From Dehalococcoidia bacterium (GTDB taxonomy: Bacteria; Chloroflexota; Dehalococcoidia; DSTF01; JACRBR01): 64,000 bases of DNA. Under the pieces are notes generated by a model that worked only from the letters and a program-made list of their open reading frames with translations, was not told the DNA's origin and ran no database searches. Below, in pieces: positions 30,284 to 39,485 of the stretch. Every line of letters begins with the position of its first letter. Positions within the stretch are counted from its first letter, which is position 1. The stretch covers positions 16,064 to 80,063 of the forward strand of contig JBGQBE010000006.1 of the NCBI GenBank assembly GCA_041494685.1, written 5' to 3'. A program made the position numbers and the translations under genes.

Positions 30284-31677
30284 CCGAAGGCGCCACCGCG
30301 AAGTTGCCGGAGCGCATCCACATCATCGGCGTGGCGGGGAAGCACATGTCCGCGATCGCGCGCGTGCTGAAGGCGTGGGGGCACGACGTACGCGGCAGCG
30401 ACCAGTACTCGACGCCGCCGATGCAGGAGCTGGCGGCGTTGGGCGTGCGCATCTACACGGGCCACCGGCCGGAAAACGTGGGCGATGCGCAGCTCGTCGT
30501 GTTCACGTCGGCGGCGCGGCAGGACAACGTGGAGATCGTGGAGGCGCACGGGCGCGGCATCGAGGTCATCAAGCGCGACGAGATGGTGGCGCGGATGATG
30601 CAAGGTCGCTTCGGCGTGGCGGTGGCGGGCGCGCACGGCAAGACGACGACGAGTTCGCTGATGGCGCACATGCTGGTGGAGGCGGGGCTGGACCCGATGT
30701 ACCTGATCGGCGGCATCGTGCGGAACCTGGGCCTGAACGCGGCGCCGGGCTCGGGCCGCTACATCGTCGTGGAGGCCGACGAGTACGACCGGGCGTTCCT
30801 GGCCTACCACCCGGACGTGGCAGTGGTGACGAACATCGACCCGGAACACCTGGACGTGTTCGGCACGATCGAAGAGATGCAGCGCTGCTTTGCTGAGTTC
30901 ATGGGCAACGTGCCGGAGAGCGGTCACATCGTCGCCTGCACGGACAGCCCGCGCGTGGCGCAGACGGTGGCTGCGGGCGGCTTCGCGGCGCGCGACATCC
31001 AGACGTACGGGCTCGACGCGCCGGCGGCGTGGCGCGCGCACAGCATCACGCAGACGCCCGAGGGGCAGCGCTTCGAGGTGGAGTGCGGAGGCAAGGGCTT
31101 CGGCACCTTCACGATCTTGCTGCCGGGGCGGCACAACGTCGCCAACGCGCTCGCGGGCATCGTCGCGGGGAACGCGATGGGGCTGGAGACGCCGGTGATC
31201 CGCCGTGCGCTGGCCACCTTCCAGGGCGCGGTGCGGCGGTTCGAATACGTCGACGAAGTGGCGGGCGTCACGGTGATGGACGACTTCTCGCACCACCCGA
31301 CGGAGATCCGGGCGCTGGTGGACACGGCGCTGGTGCGCTTCCCGGACCGGCGGCTGGTCGTGCTGTTCCAGCCGAACACGTACTCGCGCAGCAAGTACCT
31401 GCGTGACGAATGGCGGCGCTGCTTCGAACGCGTGGACACGCTGTACGTGTCCGACACCTATGCGGCGCGCGAGACGCCCGAGGCGGGACTCACGAGCGAG
31501 CAGTTCATCAACATCATCGAGACGCCGCGCGCGGTGTACGCGGGCGCGACGGAGGAGGCCGCGGCGGCGGTCGCGGAGGTGCTGCGGCCCGGCGACGTGT
31601 TCTTCACGGTCGGCGCGGGCGATATCGACCGCGCCGACGCGATCGTGATCGAGCGGCTACGGAGCAGGGGCGCGTGA
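30280..31677 (+). CDS. murC: UDP-N-acetylmuramate--L-alanine ligase MurC
   Basis: (M)TEGATAKLPERIHIIGVAGKHMSAIARVL...AGAHGKTTTSSLMAH...; GTG start overlapping the murG stop. Confidence 0.9.
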   Translation: MTEGATAKLPERIHIIGVAGKHMSAIARVLKAWGHDVRGSDQYSTPPMQELAALGVRIYTGHRPENVGDAQLVVFTSAARQDNVEIVEAHGRGIEVIKRDEMVARMMQGRFGVAVAGAHGKTTTSSLMAHMLVEAGLDPMYLIGGIVRNLGLNAAPGSGRYIVVEADEYDRAFLAYHPDVAVVTNIDPEHLDVFGTIEEMQRCFAEFMGNVPESGHIVACTDSPRVAQTVAAGGFAARDIQTYGLDAPAAWRAHSITQTPEGQRFEVECGGKGFGTFTILLPGRHNVANALAGIVAGNAMGLETPVIRRALATFQGAVRRFEYVDEVAGVTVMDDFSHHPTEIRALVDTALVRFPDRRLVVLFQPNTYSRSKYLRDEWRRCFERVDTLYVSDTYAARETPEAGLTSEQFINIIETPRAVYAGATEEAAAAVAEVLRPGDVFFTVGAGDIDRADAIVIERLRSRGA

Positions 31678-32657
31678 GCGGGGCGGACGTGATCGCCGGG
31701 GCGCTGGCGCGCGGCGGCGATGGAAAGCAGGAGATGGACGACCGGCTGATCGCACGGCTGCGGGCCATTGCGCCGCTGAAGACGGGGGAGCCGCTGTCGC
31801 GGCACACCACGTTCGGCATCGGCGGGCCGGCCGACGTCTTCGTGACGGTGCGCAACGCGCGCGAGCTCGCGGAGGCGGTGCTCGCGGCGCGCGAGAGCGC
31901 CGTGCCCGCGTTCGTGCTGGGCGCCGGTAGCAACATCCTCGTCGGCGACCTGGGCATCCGCGGCGTCGTGATCGACAACGAGGCGCGTGGCATCGAGGGG
32001 CCGCGTGAGCTGGCCGGCGAGTACGTGCTGCGCGCGGAGTCGGGCGTCGCCTTTGCGACGCTGGCGCGCAACCTGACGAAGCGCGGCTACAGCGGCGTCG
32101 AGTGGGCGTGCGGCATCCCGGGCACGCTGGGCGGCGCGGCCGTCTACAACGCGGGCGCGTACGGCGGCTGCCTGGCCGACGTGCTGCGCCGCGTCACGGT
32201 GCTGGACGCGGAGGGCCGCGAGCGCGAGCTGGACGCGGCGGAGCTGGGGCTGCGCTACCGCAGCAGCGCCTTCACGCGCGGCGAGCTGCCCGGGACGGTC
32301 GTGCTGAGCCTCGAGATCACGGTGACGCCGGGCGACAGCGTCGGCCTGCAGCGGACGATCGCCGAATACGACGCGCAGCGGCTGGACGCGCAGCCGCGGG
32401 GCCGCAACTCCGGCAGCACGTTCAAGAACCCGCCCGGGCAGCAGGCGTGGGAGCTGATCGAAAGCGTCGGGCTGCGCGGCCATCGCATCGGCGACGCGCG
32501 GATCAGCGAGAAGCACTGCAACTTCATCGAGAACCTGGGCGAGGCGAGCGCGGCCGACGTACACGCCTTGATGCGCGAGGTGCAGCGCCGCGTACAGGAG
32601 CAGTTCGGCATCGCGCTGGAGAACGAGGTGGAGCTGGTGGGCGAGGGGTTCGCATGA
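31674..32657 (+). CDS. murB: UDP-N-acetylenolpyruvoylglucosamine reductase MurB
   Basis: ...PLKTGEPLSRHTTFGIGGPADVFV...VLGAGSNILVGD...; GTG start overlapping the murC stop; alternative ATG at 31734. Confidence 0.85.
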   Translation: MSGADVIAGALARGGDGKQEMDDRLIARLRAIAPLKTGEPLSRHTTFGIGGPADVFVTVRNARELAEAVLAARESAVPAFVLGAGSNILVGDLGIRGVVIDNEARGIEGPRELAGEYVLRAESGVAFATLARNLTKRGYSGVEWACGIPGTLGGAAVYNAGAYGGCLADVLRRVTVLDAEGRERELDAAELGLRYRSSAFTRGELPGTVVLSLEITVTPGDSVGLQRTIAEYDAQRLDAQPRGRNSGSTFKNPPGQQAWELIESVGLRGHRIGDARISEKHCNFIENLGEASAADVHALMREVQRRVQEQFGIALENEVELVGEGFA

Positions 32658-33724
32658 CGGAGAAGCTGCGCCTGGGCGTGGTCTTCGGCGGGCAGTCGGT
32701 GGAGCACGAAGTCTCCGTCGTGTCCGCGATGGAGCTGCTCCAGGCGGCGGACCCCGCGCGCTTCGAGACGGTGCCGTTCGGCGTGACGCGCGTCGGCCGC
32801 TGGCTGACGCCGGCGGAGACGCGCGCGCAACTCGCCCGCGAGGAGCCGCTCTTCCGCAAGCGGATGGAGGCGGATGTGCCGCCGCTGCTGCAGCGCGACG
32901 AGGTGCTGCGCGAGCTGCGCGGCGTGGACGTGGTGTTCCCGCTGGTACACGGCGTGAACGGTGAGGACGGCACGCTACAGGGGATGCTCGAGATGTTCGG
33001 CATCGCCTACGCGGGCTGCGGCGTCGCGGCGAGCGCGGTGGGCATGGACAAGGCGCTGCAGAAGCGCATCCTGGCGCAGGCCGGACTGGACGTCGCGCGC
33101 TTCTCGACCGTGGGCGCGCGGGGCTGGGCGGAGCACGGGGCCGACGTGGTGCAGTCGGTGGAGCGGTCGTACGGGTACCCCTGCTTCGTGAAGCCGGCCA
33201 ACGGCGGCAGCAGCGTCGGCGTCAGCAAGGTGCGCTCACGCGAGGACTTCGACGGCGCGATGCAAGCAGCGTTCGACGTGGACCGCAAGGTGCTGATCGA
33301 AGAGGCGGTGGCCGGGCGCGAGGTCGAGTGCGGCGTGCTGGGCAACGACGCGAAGGAGACGTCGCCGATCGGCGAGATCGTGACGAGCGGCGAGTTCTAC
33401 GACTACGGCGCGAAGTACCTGGACGAGAGCGCACGCATCGTCGCGCCGGCGGACGTGCCGGCGGGCATCGCGGCGACGCTGCAGGCGCGGGCGGTCGAGG
33501 CGTTCGACGCGATCGACGGCGCCGGCTTCGCGCGGGTGGACTTCTTCCTGACGCCGGAGGGGCGTCCGATCGTCAACGAGATCAACACGCTGCCGGGATT
33601 CCGCCCGGTCAGCATGTTCCCGCGGCTGTGGGCGGTGGCGGGCGTGACCTACCGCGAGTTGATCAGCCGCATCGTGGACCTGGCGGTCGAGCGGTTCCGT
33701 GAAGGGAGGCAGCGCGGTGGCTAG
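32654..33724 (+). CDS. ddl: D-alanine--D-alanine ligase
   Basis: MTEKLRLGVVFGGQSVEHEVSVVSA...FPLVHGVNGEDGTLQGMLE...NEINTLPGF; ATG overlaps the murB stop (ATGA). Confidence 0.9.
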   Translation: MTEKLRLGVVFGGQSVEHEVSVVSAMELLQAADPARFETVPFGVTRVGRWLTPAETRAQLAREEPLFRKRMEADVPPLLQRDEVLRELRGVDVVFPLVHGVNGEDGTLQGMLEMFGIAYAGCGVAASAVGMDKALQKRILAQAGLDVARFSTVGARGWAEHGADVVQSVERSYGYPCFVKPANGGSSVGVSKVRSREDFDGAMQAAFDVDRKVLIEEAVAGREVECGVLGNDAKETSPIGEIVTSGEFYDYGAKYLDESARIVAPADVPAGIAATLQARAVEAFDAIDGAGFARVDFFLTPEGRPIVNEINTLPGFRPVSMFPRLWAVAGVTYRELISRIVDLAVERFREGRQRGG

Positions 33725-34577
33725 CACCGGCACTCCTTCCAGGTGGCCGTACCGCGCGGCCAAGCCGGGGCGCTCGCGCCGCGTCATCAAGACGCGCGAC
33801 ACGTCCGCGCCGCGCGGCGTGCACCGGCCGGCGCCGCCGGAGCCGCGCTTCCGCATCACCCGGAAGCAGGCGCGGCTGGCGCTGGCGTTCGCGGTGCTGG
33901 CGATGCTGGGGTCGGCCGCCTGGTGGGGCTACCACGCGCCGTGGGTGACCGTGCAGCACGTGACGATCAGCGGCACGTTGCAGGTCCCACCGTCGCAGGT
34001 GAGGGATGCGGCGGCACTCGACGGGGAGAGCGTCTTCGGGCTGGACCTGCGGGGCGCGCAGCAGCGCGTCGCGGCGCTGCCCATGGTACGCACCGCGACC
34101 GTGCGCAAGGACGGCTGGAACGTCGTCGTGATCGACGTGCAGGAGCGCACGGCGTGGGGTTCCTGGCAGATGAACGGCGTCAACGTGCCGATCGACGCAG
34201 AAGGCTACGTGCTGGGCGGACCGCCGGCGCCCGATGGCTCGCCCGTGATCATCGAGGTGGGGCCGCAGCGCGTGCTGAACGCGGGCGACCGCATCGACCC
34301 CGGCGCGGTGGACCTGGCGGCGCGTCTGGTGAAAGAGTCGCAGTCGGCATTCGGGCGGAACGTGCTGGCGCTGGTCTACCGGCAGGACAACGGGCTGACC
34401 GCGGTGCTGGGCGGCAGCGACGTGGACGGCGCGCCGATCTGGGCGACGTTCGGCGATTCGCGCGACTACGAGTTCAAGGTGGCCGCGCTGTACGTGCTTA
34501 TCCAGCAGGCGCAAGAACAGGAGCTGGCGTTGAACGCGGTGGACCTGCGTTTCGGCGACCGGTTGAGCTTCAGGTAG
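33717..34577 (+). CDS. ftsQ: cell division protein FtsQ (POTRA)
   Basis: TM LALAFAVLAMLGSAAWWGY followed by a POTRA/beta domain; GTG 33717 seven nt after AAGGGAGG; track start 33699 is an alternative. Confidence 0.8.
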   Translation: MASTGTPSRWPYRAAKPGRSRRVIKTRDTSAPRGVHRPAPPEPRFRITRKQARLALAFAVLAMLGSAAWWGYHAPWVTVQHVTISGTLQVPPSQVRDAAALDGESVFGLDLRGAQQRVAALPMVRTATVRKDGWNVVVIDVQERTAWGSWQMNGVNVPIDAEGYVLGGPPAPDGSPVIIEVGPQRVLNAGDRIDPGAVDLAARLVKESQSAFGRNVLALVYRQDNGLTAVLGGSDVDGAPIWATFGDSRDYEFKVAALYVLIQQAQEQELALNAVDLRFGDRLSFR

Positions 34578-34592
34578 AAGCAGGAGGCAGCC

Positions 34593-35834
34593 ATGAGCCG
34601 TGGGGGAACGTTCGCCTCAATCGACATCGGCACGACGAAGATCTGTACCGTCGTGGGAGAGGTGCACGAGGATGACATGCGCATCCTCGGCGTGGGCGTC
34701 GCGCCGTCGGAGGGGCTCTCGCGCGGCATGGTGGAGAACATCCGCGACGCGACGGAGAGCATCCGGTCGTCCGTCGAGAAGGCGGAGCGCTCGAGCGGGA
34801 CGCGCATCCTCTCGGCGCACGTCGGCATCGCGGGACAGCACATCGCCTGCCTCAACAACCGGGGGATCGTGGCGATCCCGGACCGGACGCGGCCGATCAT
34901 GCCGGACGACGTGACGCGGGTGCTGGACGGGGCGCGGGTGGTGAGCATCCCGACGAACCGGCAGATCATCCACGTGATCCCGCGCTACTACGTCGTGGAC
35001 GGGCAGGACAACGTGTCCGACCCGGTGGGGATGTTCGGTTCGCGGCTGGACGTGGAGACGCACATCGTCACGGGCGTGGACAGCGCGATCCAGAACCTGA
35101 CGAAGTGCGTCGAGAACGTGGGCGTGCAGGTGGACGGCCTGATCCTGGAGCCGCTGGCCGCCGCCGAGGCGGTGCTGGACGCGGAGGAGAAGGAGCAGGG
35201 CGTGGTGCTCGTCGACATCGGCGGCGGCACGACGGACATCGCACTGTTCATCGAGGGCAGCGTGTACCACACGGCGGTGCTGCCGGTGGGCAGCAACCAC
35301 GTGACGCGCGACATCGTCGTGGGGCTGCGCGCGCCGTACCAGGCGGCGGAAGACGCGAAGCGGAAGTGGGGGCACGCGATCCCCAGCATGGTGGACGCCC
35401 GCGAGGAGATCACGATCGAGGCGTTCGGCTCCGAAGGATCGAAGACGGAGCTGCGGCGCCGCCTGTGCGAGATCGCGCAGGCCCGCATGGAAGAAGTGCT
35501 GGAGATGGTGACGGCAGAGGTGAAGCGGGTCGTCCACGACGACATCGTCAGCGCGGGCATCGTGCTGACGGGCGGCGGGGCGAAGCTGGCGGGCATCGAC
35601 CTGCTGGCGGAGCAGGTGACGGGGTGGCCGGCGCGCGTCGGGATGCCGCGCAACCTGCACGGCCTGACGGACCTGCTCATCGACCCGGCGTACGCGACGA
35701 GCGTCGGGCTGCTGCAGTGGGCGGTAAACGAAGCCGAGGCCAGCTCGTGGCACCGGCCGGCGCGTGCGTCGTTCGACGTGGGGAGCATCTGGCGCCGCGT
35801 CGGCAACTGGGCGCGGGTGTTGCTGCCGGAGTAG
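34593..35834 (+). CDS. ftsA: cell division protein FtsA
   Basis: MSRGGTFASIDIGTTKICTVVGEV...LVDIGGGTTDIALF...; AGGAGG RBS. Confidence 0.95.
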   Translation: MSRGGTFASIDIGTTKICTVVGEVHEDDMRILGVGVAPSEGLSRGMVENIRDATESIRSSVEKAERSSGTRILSAHVGIAGQHIACLNNRGIVAIPDRTRPIMPDDVTRVLDGARVVSIPTNRQIIHVIPRYYVVDGQDNVSDPVGMFGSRLDVETHIVTGVDSAIQNLTKCVENVGVQVDGLILEPLAAAEAVLDAEEKEQGVVLVDIGGGTTDIALFIEGSVYHTAVLPVGSNHVTRDIVVGLRAPYQAAEDAKRKWGHAIPSMVDAREEITIEAFGSEGSKTELRRRLCEIAQARMEEVLEMVTAEVKRVVHDDIVSAGIVLTGGGAKLAGIDLLAEQVTGWPARVGMPRNLHGLTDLLIDPAYATSVGLLQWAVNEAEASSWHRPARASFDVGSIWRRVGNWARVLLPE

Positions 35835-35970
35835 GAGTCAGCGGTTAGCGGTCGGGGACGGAGCTGGCGGAGGAGGCAGGGATTAGGGGCTGGGGACTGG
35901 CGGTGAGCGCCGTGGCGTTCGCCACCAATCACCAGAAACCAATCACGAGGCGACCAGCGGAGGAGGCTGA

Positions 35971-37179
35971 ATGCCTGAATACCAGCAGACGGTGATGTTC
36001 GAAGCGGAAGTGCGAGAGCTGAAGCAGGAAGAAGAGCGTAGGGAGGCCATCATGAGCAGGGGGTACACGGACGGACTGCCACCGATCAAGGTCGTCGGCG
36101 TGGGCGGCGGCGGCTGCAACGCCGTCAACCGCATGATCGCCGAGAAGGTGCCGGGGGTGCAATTCGTGGCGGTGAACACGGACGCGCAGGCGCTGCAGCA
36201 GTCGCAGGCGGAGGTGAAGATCCGCATCGGCGACAAGCTGACGAAGGGGCTGGGCGTCGGCGGCGACCCGAACCGCGGCCTGCGGGCGGCGGAGGAGAGC
36301 CGCGACGAGCTGCTGGAGGCCGTGCGCGGCTGTGAGATGGTGTTCGTGACGGCCGGCATGGGCGGCGGCACGGGCACGGGCGCGGCGCCCATGGTGGCCG
36401 AGGTGGCGAAGGAGGCCGGCGCGCTGACGATCGGCGTCGTCACGAAGCCGTTCGGCTTCGAGGGCGCGAAGCGGCGCGCGCAGGCGGAAGAGGGCATCCA
36501 GCGCCTGCAGGACAAGGTCGACACGCTGATCATCATCCCGAACGACCGGCTGCTCCAGATCTGCGACGAGAAGGCCACGGTCGAGGACGCGTTCCGCACG
36601 GCGGACAACATCCTGCTCCAGGGCATCCGCGGCATCAGCGAGATCATCACGCTGCCCGGGGAGATCAACCTGGACTTCGCGGACGTGCGGAAGATCATGT
36701 CGGACGCGGGTCCGGCGCTGATGGCGATCGGCCGGGCGAGCGGCGCGAACCGGGCGGCGGACGCGGCGATGATGGCGATCAGCAGCCCGCTGCTGGAGGT
36801 GTCGATCGACGGCGCGCGCGGCGTGCTGTTCAACATCAGCGGCGGCAAGAACCTGGGGCTGCACGAGATCAACGCGGCGGCGCAGGTGATCCAGGACGTG
36901 GTGGACCCGAACGCGGAGATCATCTTCGGCACGGCGATCGACCCGTCGCTGGGCGACGAGGTGCAGATCACGCTGATCGCGACCGGGTTCGCGCGACCCG
37001 TGGCGGTGCACCCGATCCCGGAGCAGTACCGCAAGCGGAACCCGGACGACGACGCGGGCACGGACGGCGACGAGCCGGCCGAGCAGGAGCCCGCACACGC
37101 GCAGGCGCAGGCGGCGACGCCGGACCCGCGCGACACCGAGCTACCGACGTTCCTGCGCCGCACCGTCGCGGCGCGCTAA
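35971..37179 (+). CDS. ftsZ: cell division GTPase FtsZ
   Basis: [17 protein letters not shown]...; GGGTGTG tubulin signature; GGAGGAGG RBS. Confidence 0.95.
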   Translation: MPEYQQTVMFEAEVRELKQEEERREAIMSRGYTDGLPPIKVVGVGGGGCNAVNRMIAEKVPGVQFVAVNTDAQALQQSQAEVKIRIGDKLTKGLGVGGDPNRGLRAAEESRDELLEAVRGCEMVFVTAGMGGGTGTGAAPMVAEVAKEAGALTIGVVTKPFGFEGAKRRAQAEEGIQRLQDKVDTLIIIPNDRLLQICDEKATVEDAFRTADNILLQGIRGISEIITLPGEINLDFADVRKIMSDAGPALMAIGRASGANRAADAAMMAISSPLLEVSIDGARGVLFNISGGKNLGLHEINAAAQVIQDVVDPNAEIIFGTAIDPSLGDEVQITLIATGFARPVAVHPIPEQYRKRNPDDDAGTDGDEPAEQEPAHAQAQAATPDPRDTELPTFLRRTVAAR

Positions 37180-37255
37180 GGGGCGTTTGTAGGAAGTTGG
37201 AGGAAAGGAGGAGCCTGTCTAGCCAGTCGGTCCCGGAGTAGAGGTGCTTCGGGAA

Positions 37256-37322
37256 CTTTCCCCCACCAGGGAAAGAACAGGGCCGTGAGCGTCGTAATTG
37301 GGAGATGACGACGCTCACGGCC
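37256..37322 (+). terminator. two consecutive GC-rich stem-loops downstream of ftsZ (likely dcw-cluster terminator region; no U-tract)
   Basis: CTTTCCCccaccaGGGAAAG (37256..37275) and the perfect 15-bp stem GGCCGTGAGCGTCGTaattgggagatgACGACGCTCACGGCC (37281..37322). Confidence 0.45.
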
Positions 37323-37543
37323 TACCCATCTCCCCGAGAGGAGAAGAGAAGCGGCCCGACCCGGTGGAGCGGCATGGGCAGACGCCACAAGACCGGGAGC
37401 CTGGGCCACGGGGGGAATTGTAGCGGTTTCGGCAGTAGTTATGTAGTGGGGCGAGGTCGTCAGCCGGCCAGCTCGTCAGCGGGTCAGCCGATCGGCTGGT
37501 TAGCCTGTCGACCAGTCTTCAGTCTCCATCACCAGGTGACCAG

Positions 37544-37606
37544 CACTACATCTAGCGCCACGTTCACTCAGAAGCCGTTGACAAGCACTAGATGTAGTGC
37601 TAACCT
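37544..37606 (+). promoter_or_regulatory. two NrdR boxes overlapping a sigma70-like promoter (-35 TTGACA 37578..37583, -10 TAACCT 37601..37606) upstream of nrdR
   Basis: Box1 CACTACATCTAGCG (37544..37557) and box2 CACTAGATGTAGTG (37586..37599) match the NrdR-box palindrome aCACwAtATaTwGTGt; centres 42 bp apart; box2 lies in the -35/-10 spacer. Confidence 0.6.
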
Positions 37607-37686
37607 CTGCTACCAGCGCAGCCCTTGATCTGTGAAGGCGCTTGACCGATTGATCAGGGGCGAGCGGTCCGAGGGATACGAGAACC

Positions 37687-38334
37687 ATGCAGTGCCCATT
37701 CTGCAGCAACCCCGACTCCCGCGTGGTGGACTCCCGCGACGTTGACGGCGCGATCCGCCGCCGGCGCGAGTGCCTGAACCCGGCGTGCGCGTCGCGTTTC
37801 ACCACGTACGAGCGGGTGCAGGCGGTGGCGATCTACGTCGTGAAGAAGGACGGGCGCCGCGAAGAGTTCTCGCGCGAGAAGCTGCTGGGCGGGCTGCGGA
37901 GAGCCTGCGAGAAGCGGCCGCTGGCCGCGGGCGCGGTCGAGGCGCTGGCCGCGGACATCGAGTCCGCGCTGTACGCGTCGAACGCGGCGGAGGTGCCGTC
38001 CAGCGTTGTGGGTGAACTGGTGATCGAGCGGCTGCGCGACCTGGACCCGGTCGCCTACGTACGGTTCGCCAGCGTGTACCGCCAGTTCGCCGATGTCGAT
38101 TCGTTCCGGGAAGAACTGGAGGCGCTGGCTTCCGGCACGCGGCCCGCACAGGCCCAACTGCCGTTGCTGGACGCGGAGTTCTCCCCCACCTCTCTTCGGC
38201 TGCGACCGGCCGCACCGAATTCACGAACCCGTACCCGCCGCCCGGTGCGGCCGGTGCAGACTCCTGTCTCCATTGCGGAGCAGGCTGCGCCGCGGGGGCC
38301 GTCGAAGAGGGCGAAGAACGCGCGCCAGGCGTAG
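37687..38334 (+). CDS. nrdR: transcriptional repressor NrdR (zinc ribbon + ATP-cone) with an unusual ~55-aa low-complexity C-terminal extension
   Basis: MQCPFCSNPDSRVVDSRDVDGAIRRRRECLNPACASRFTTYERV...VVKKDGRREEFSREKLLGGLRRACEKRP... then tail ...RPAAPNSRTRTRRPVRPVQTPVSIAEQAAPRGPSKRAKNARQA. Confidence 0.9.
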   Translation: MQCPFCSNPDSRVVDSRDVDGAIRRRRECLNPACASRFTTYERVQAVAIYVVKKDGRREEFSREKLLGGLRRACEKRPLAAGAVEALAADIESALYASNAAEVPSSVVGELVIERLRDLDPVAYVRFASVYRQFADVDSFREELEALASGTRPAQAQLPLLDAEFSPTSLRLRPAAPNSRTRTRRPVRPVQTPVSIAEQAAPRGPSKRAKNARQA

Positions 38335-38373
38335 GACAGCCCGCCGCGGCGGGAGTGCAAGGAGAGCAATCGC

Positions 38374-38763
38374 GTGCGCATGGAAGGCAAGCTGACGAAC
38401 GCAGGCGGCGAGTTCATCGCCAGCGGCCCGTGTGAGGTGAACCGGGACCGCGGCGAGGTGACGATGTGGCCCTCGTGGGAGTTGCACATGCTGGAGCGCG
38501 AGCGCGGCGCCCTGACGCTGGAGCTTGAGGACGGCACGCAGCTGGCGATCAGCGACAAGCATTTGACGTTCAAGCTGCGCGGCCCGGCCGAGCAGCGGAT
38601 CTCCGTGTACCGGCTGCGCGTGATCGAGCGCGTGCCGGAGCACCTGGCCACGGGGTACGCCGCACCGGCGCAGGATGCGCCGGCCGCGGCGGCCGACGCG
38701 GAAGACGCCGCGGCCGTGCCCGACAACGTGGTGCGCATGGAGCGCACACAGCCTTCCCAATAG
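38374..38763 (+). CDS. hypothetical protein (129 aa), nrdR-nrdJ operon member
   Basis: GTG start 7 nt after GGAGAG; strong GC3 bias; MRMEGKLTNAGGEFIASGPCEVNRDRGEVTMWPSWELHMLERERGALTLELEDGTQLAISDKHLTFKLRGP...; no recognised domain. Confidence 0.55.
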   Translation: MRMEGKLTNAGGEFIASGPCEVNRDRGEVTMWPSWELHMLERERGALTLELEDGTQLAISDKHLTFKLRGPAEQRISVYRLRVIERVPEHLATGYAAPAQDAPAAAADAEDAAAVPDNVVRMERTQPSQ

Positions 38764-38802
38764 CAGCACGGCCCGCGATGTGCGGGGCGCAGGAGGCAGG
38801 GA

Positions 38803-39093
38803 GTGCCGAACGTCGAGCTCTTCATGGATGAAGTCGTGACCGGACTCCGGCGGCGTCTCGCGCTGCTGGGCGACAGCGGCGACCGCCGCGCGATCGAGGA
38901 TGGCATCGCGCTGCTGACCCGCTACCGTCTGCGCGGCATGGATGAAGCGCGGTTTGAGATGCTGCTCTCGACCCTGCGCGCGGGGCGCACGCCGGACGGT
39001 CAGCCCGTGCTGAAGCCGGCCCTGCTGGCCGGAGAGCTGGCGCGGCGGTGGGACGCCTTCGCCGGAGGCACCGCCTACCCGGCACGGAACTAG
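38803..39093 (+). CDS. hypothetical protein (96 aa), nrdR-nrdJ operon member
   Basis: GTG start after AGGAGG; GC3 bias; predicted helical MPNVELFMDEVVTGLRRRLALLGDSGDRRAIEDGIALLTRYRLRGMDEARFEMLLSTLRAG... Confidence 0.55.
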   Translation: MPNVELFMDEVVTGLRRRLALLGDSGDRRAIEDGIALLTRYRLRGMDEARFEMLLSTLRAGRTPDGQPVLKPALLAGELARRWDAFAGGTAYPARN

Positions 39094-39193
39094 AAGCAGC
39101 AAGCACGGCGCCGTCCAATCGCTGCGGGGCGAGGGCGGCGCCGATGTATTGCGGGGAAGCGTGGACTTAGCGCTTCGATAGGTGGGAGGAAAC

Positions 39194-39463
39194 TTGAGCG
39201 CGACTGTTGCAATGGACCCGGCGTTAAATCAGGCTGTGGCTGACCTGAGCGCGGACGTGATCGCGTTCCTGCAACAGGTCCACGACGGCGTCGCCGAGGA
39301 CGTGCGCGCGACCGCCGCATACCACCAGCGGAGACTGCGGGAGTTCGTGCGCGCCACGGGTGTGACGCTCAACGACCTCCCCGCATGGCAGGCGAACAGC
39401 ACGGCATGGCGCGCCATCGCGAGGCTCGCCAGTCCGGTGATGACGGCAACACAGGCAGGCTAG
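39194..39463 (+). CDS. hypothetical protein (~89 aa), nrdR-nrdJ operon member
   Basis: TTG start 4 nt after GGTGGGAGG (track start 39182; alternative ATG 39212); (M)SATVAMDPALNQAVADLSADVIAFLQQVHDGVAEDVRATAAYHQRRLREFVRATG... Confidence 0.5.
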   Translation: MSATVAMDPALNQAVADLSADVIAFLQQVHDGVAEDVRATAAYHQRRLREFVRATGVTLNDLPAWQANSTAWRAIARLASPVMTATQAG

Positions 39464-39485
39464 CAAGCGAAAGGAATCCCGCGTC

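Noticed and set aside
37305-37628. 107-aa ORF in the ftsZ-nrdR intergenic region
   Set aside because: S/T/G-rich low-complexity, no RBS, spans hairpins and NrdR boxes; more likely non-coding.
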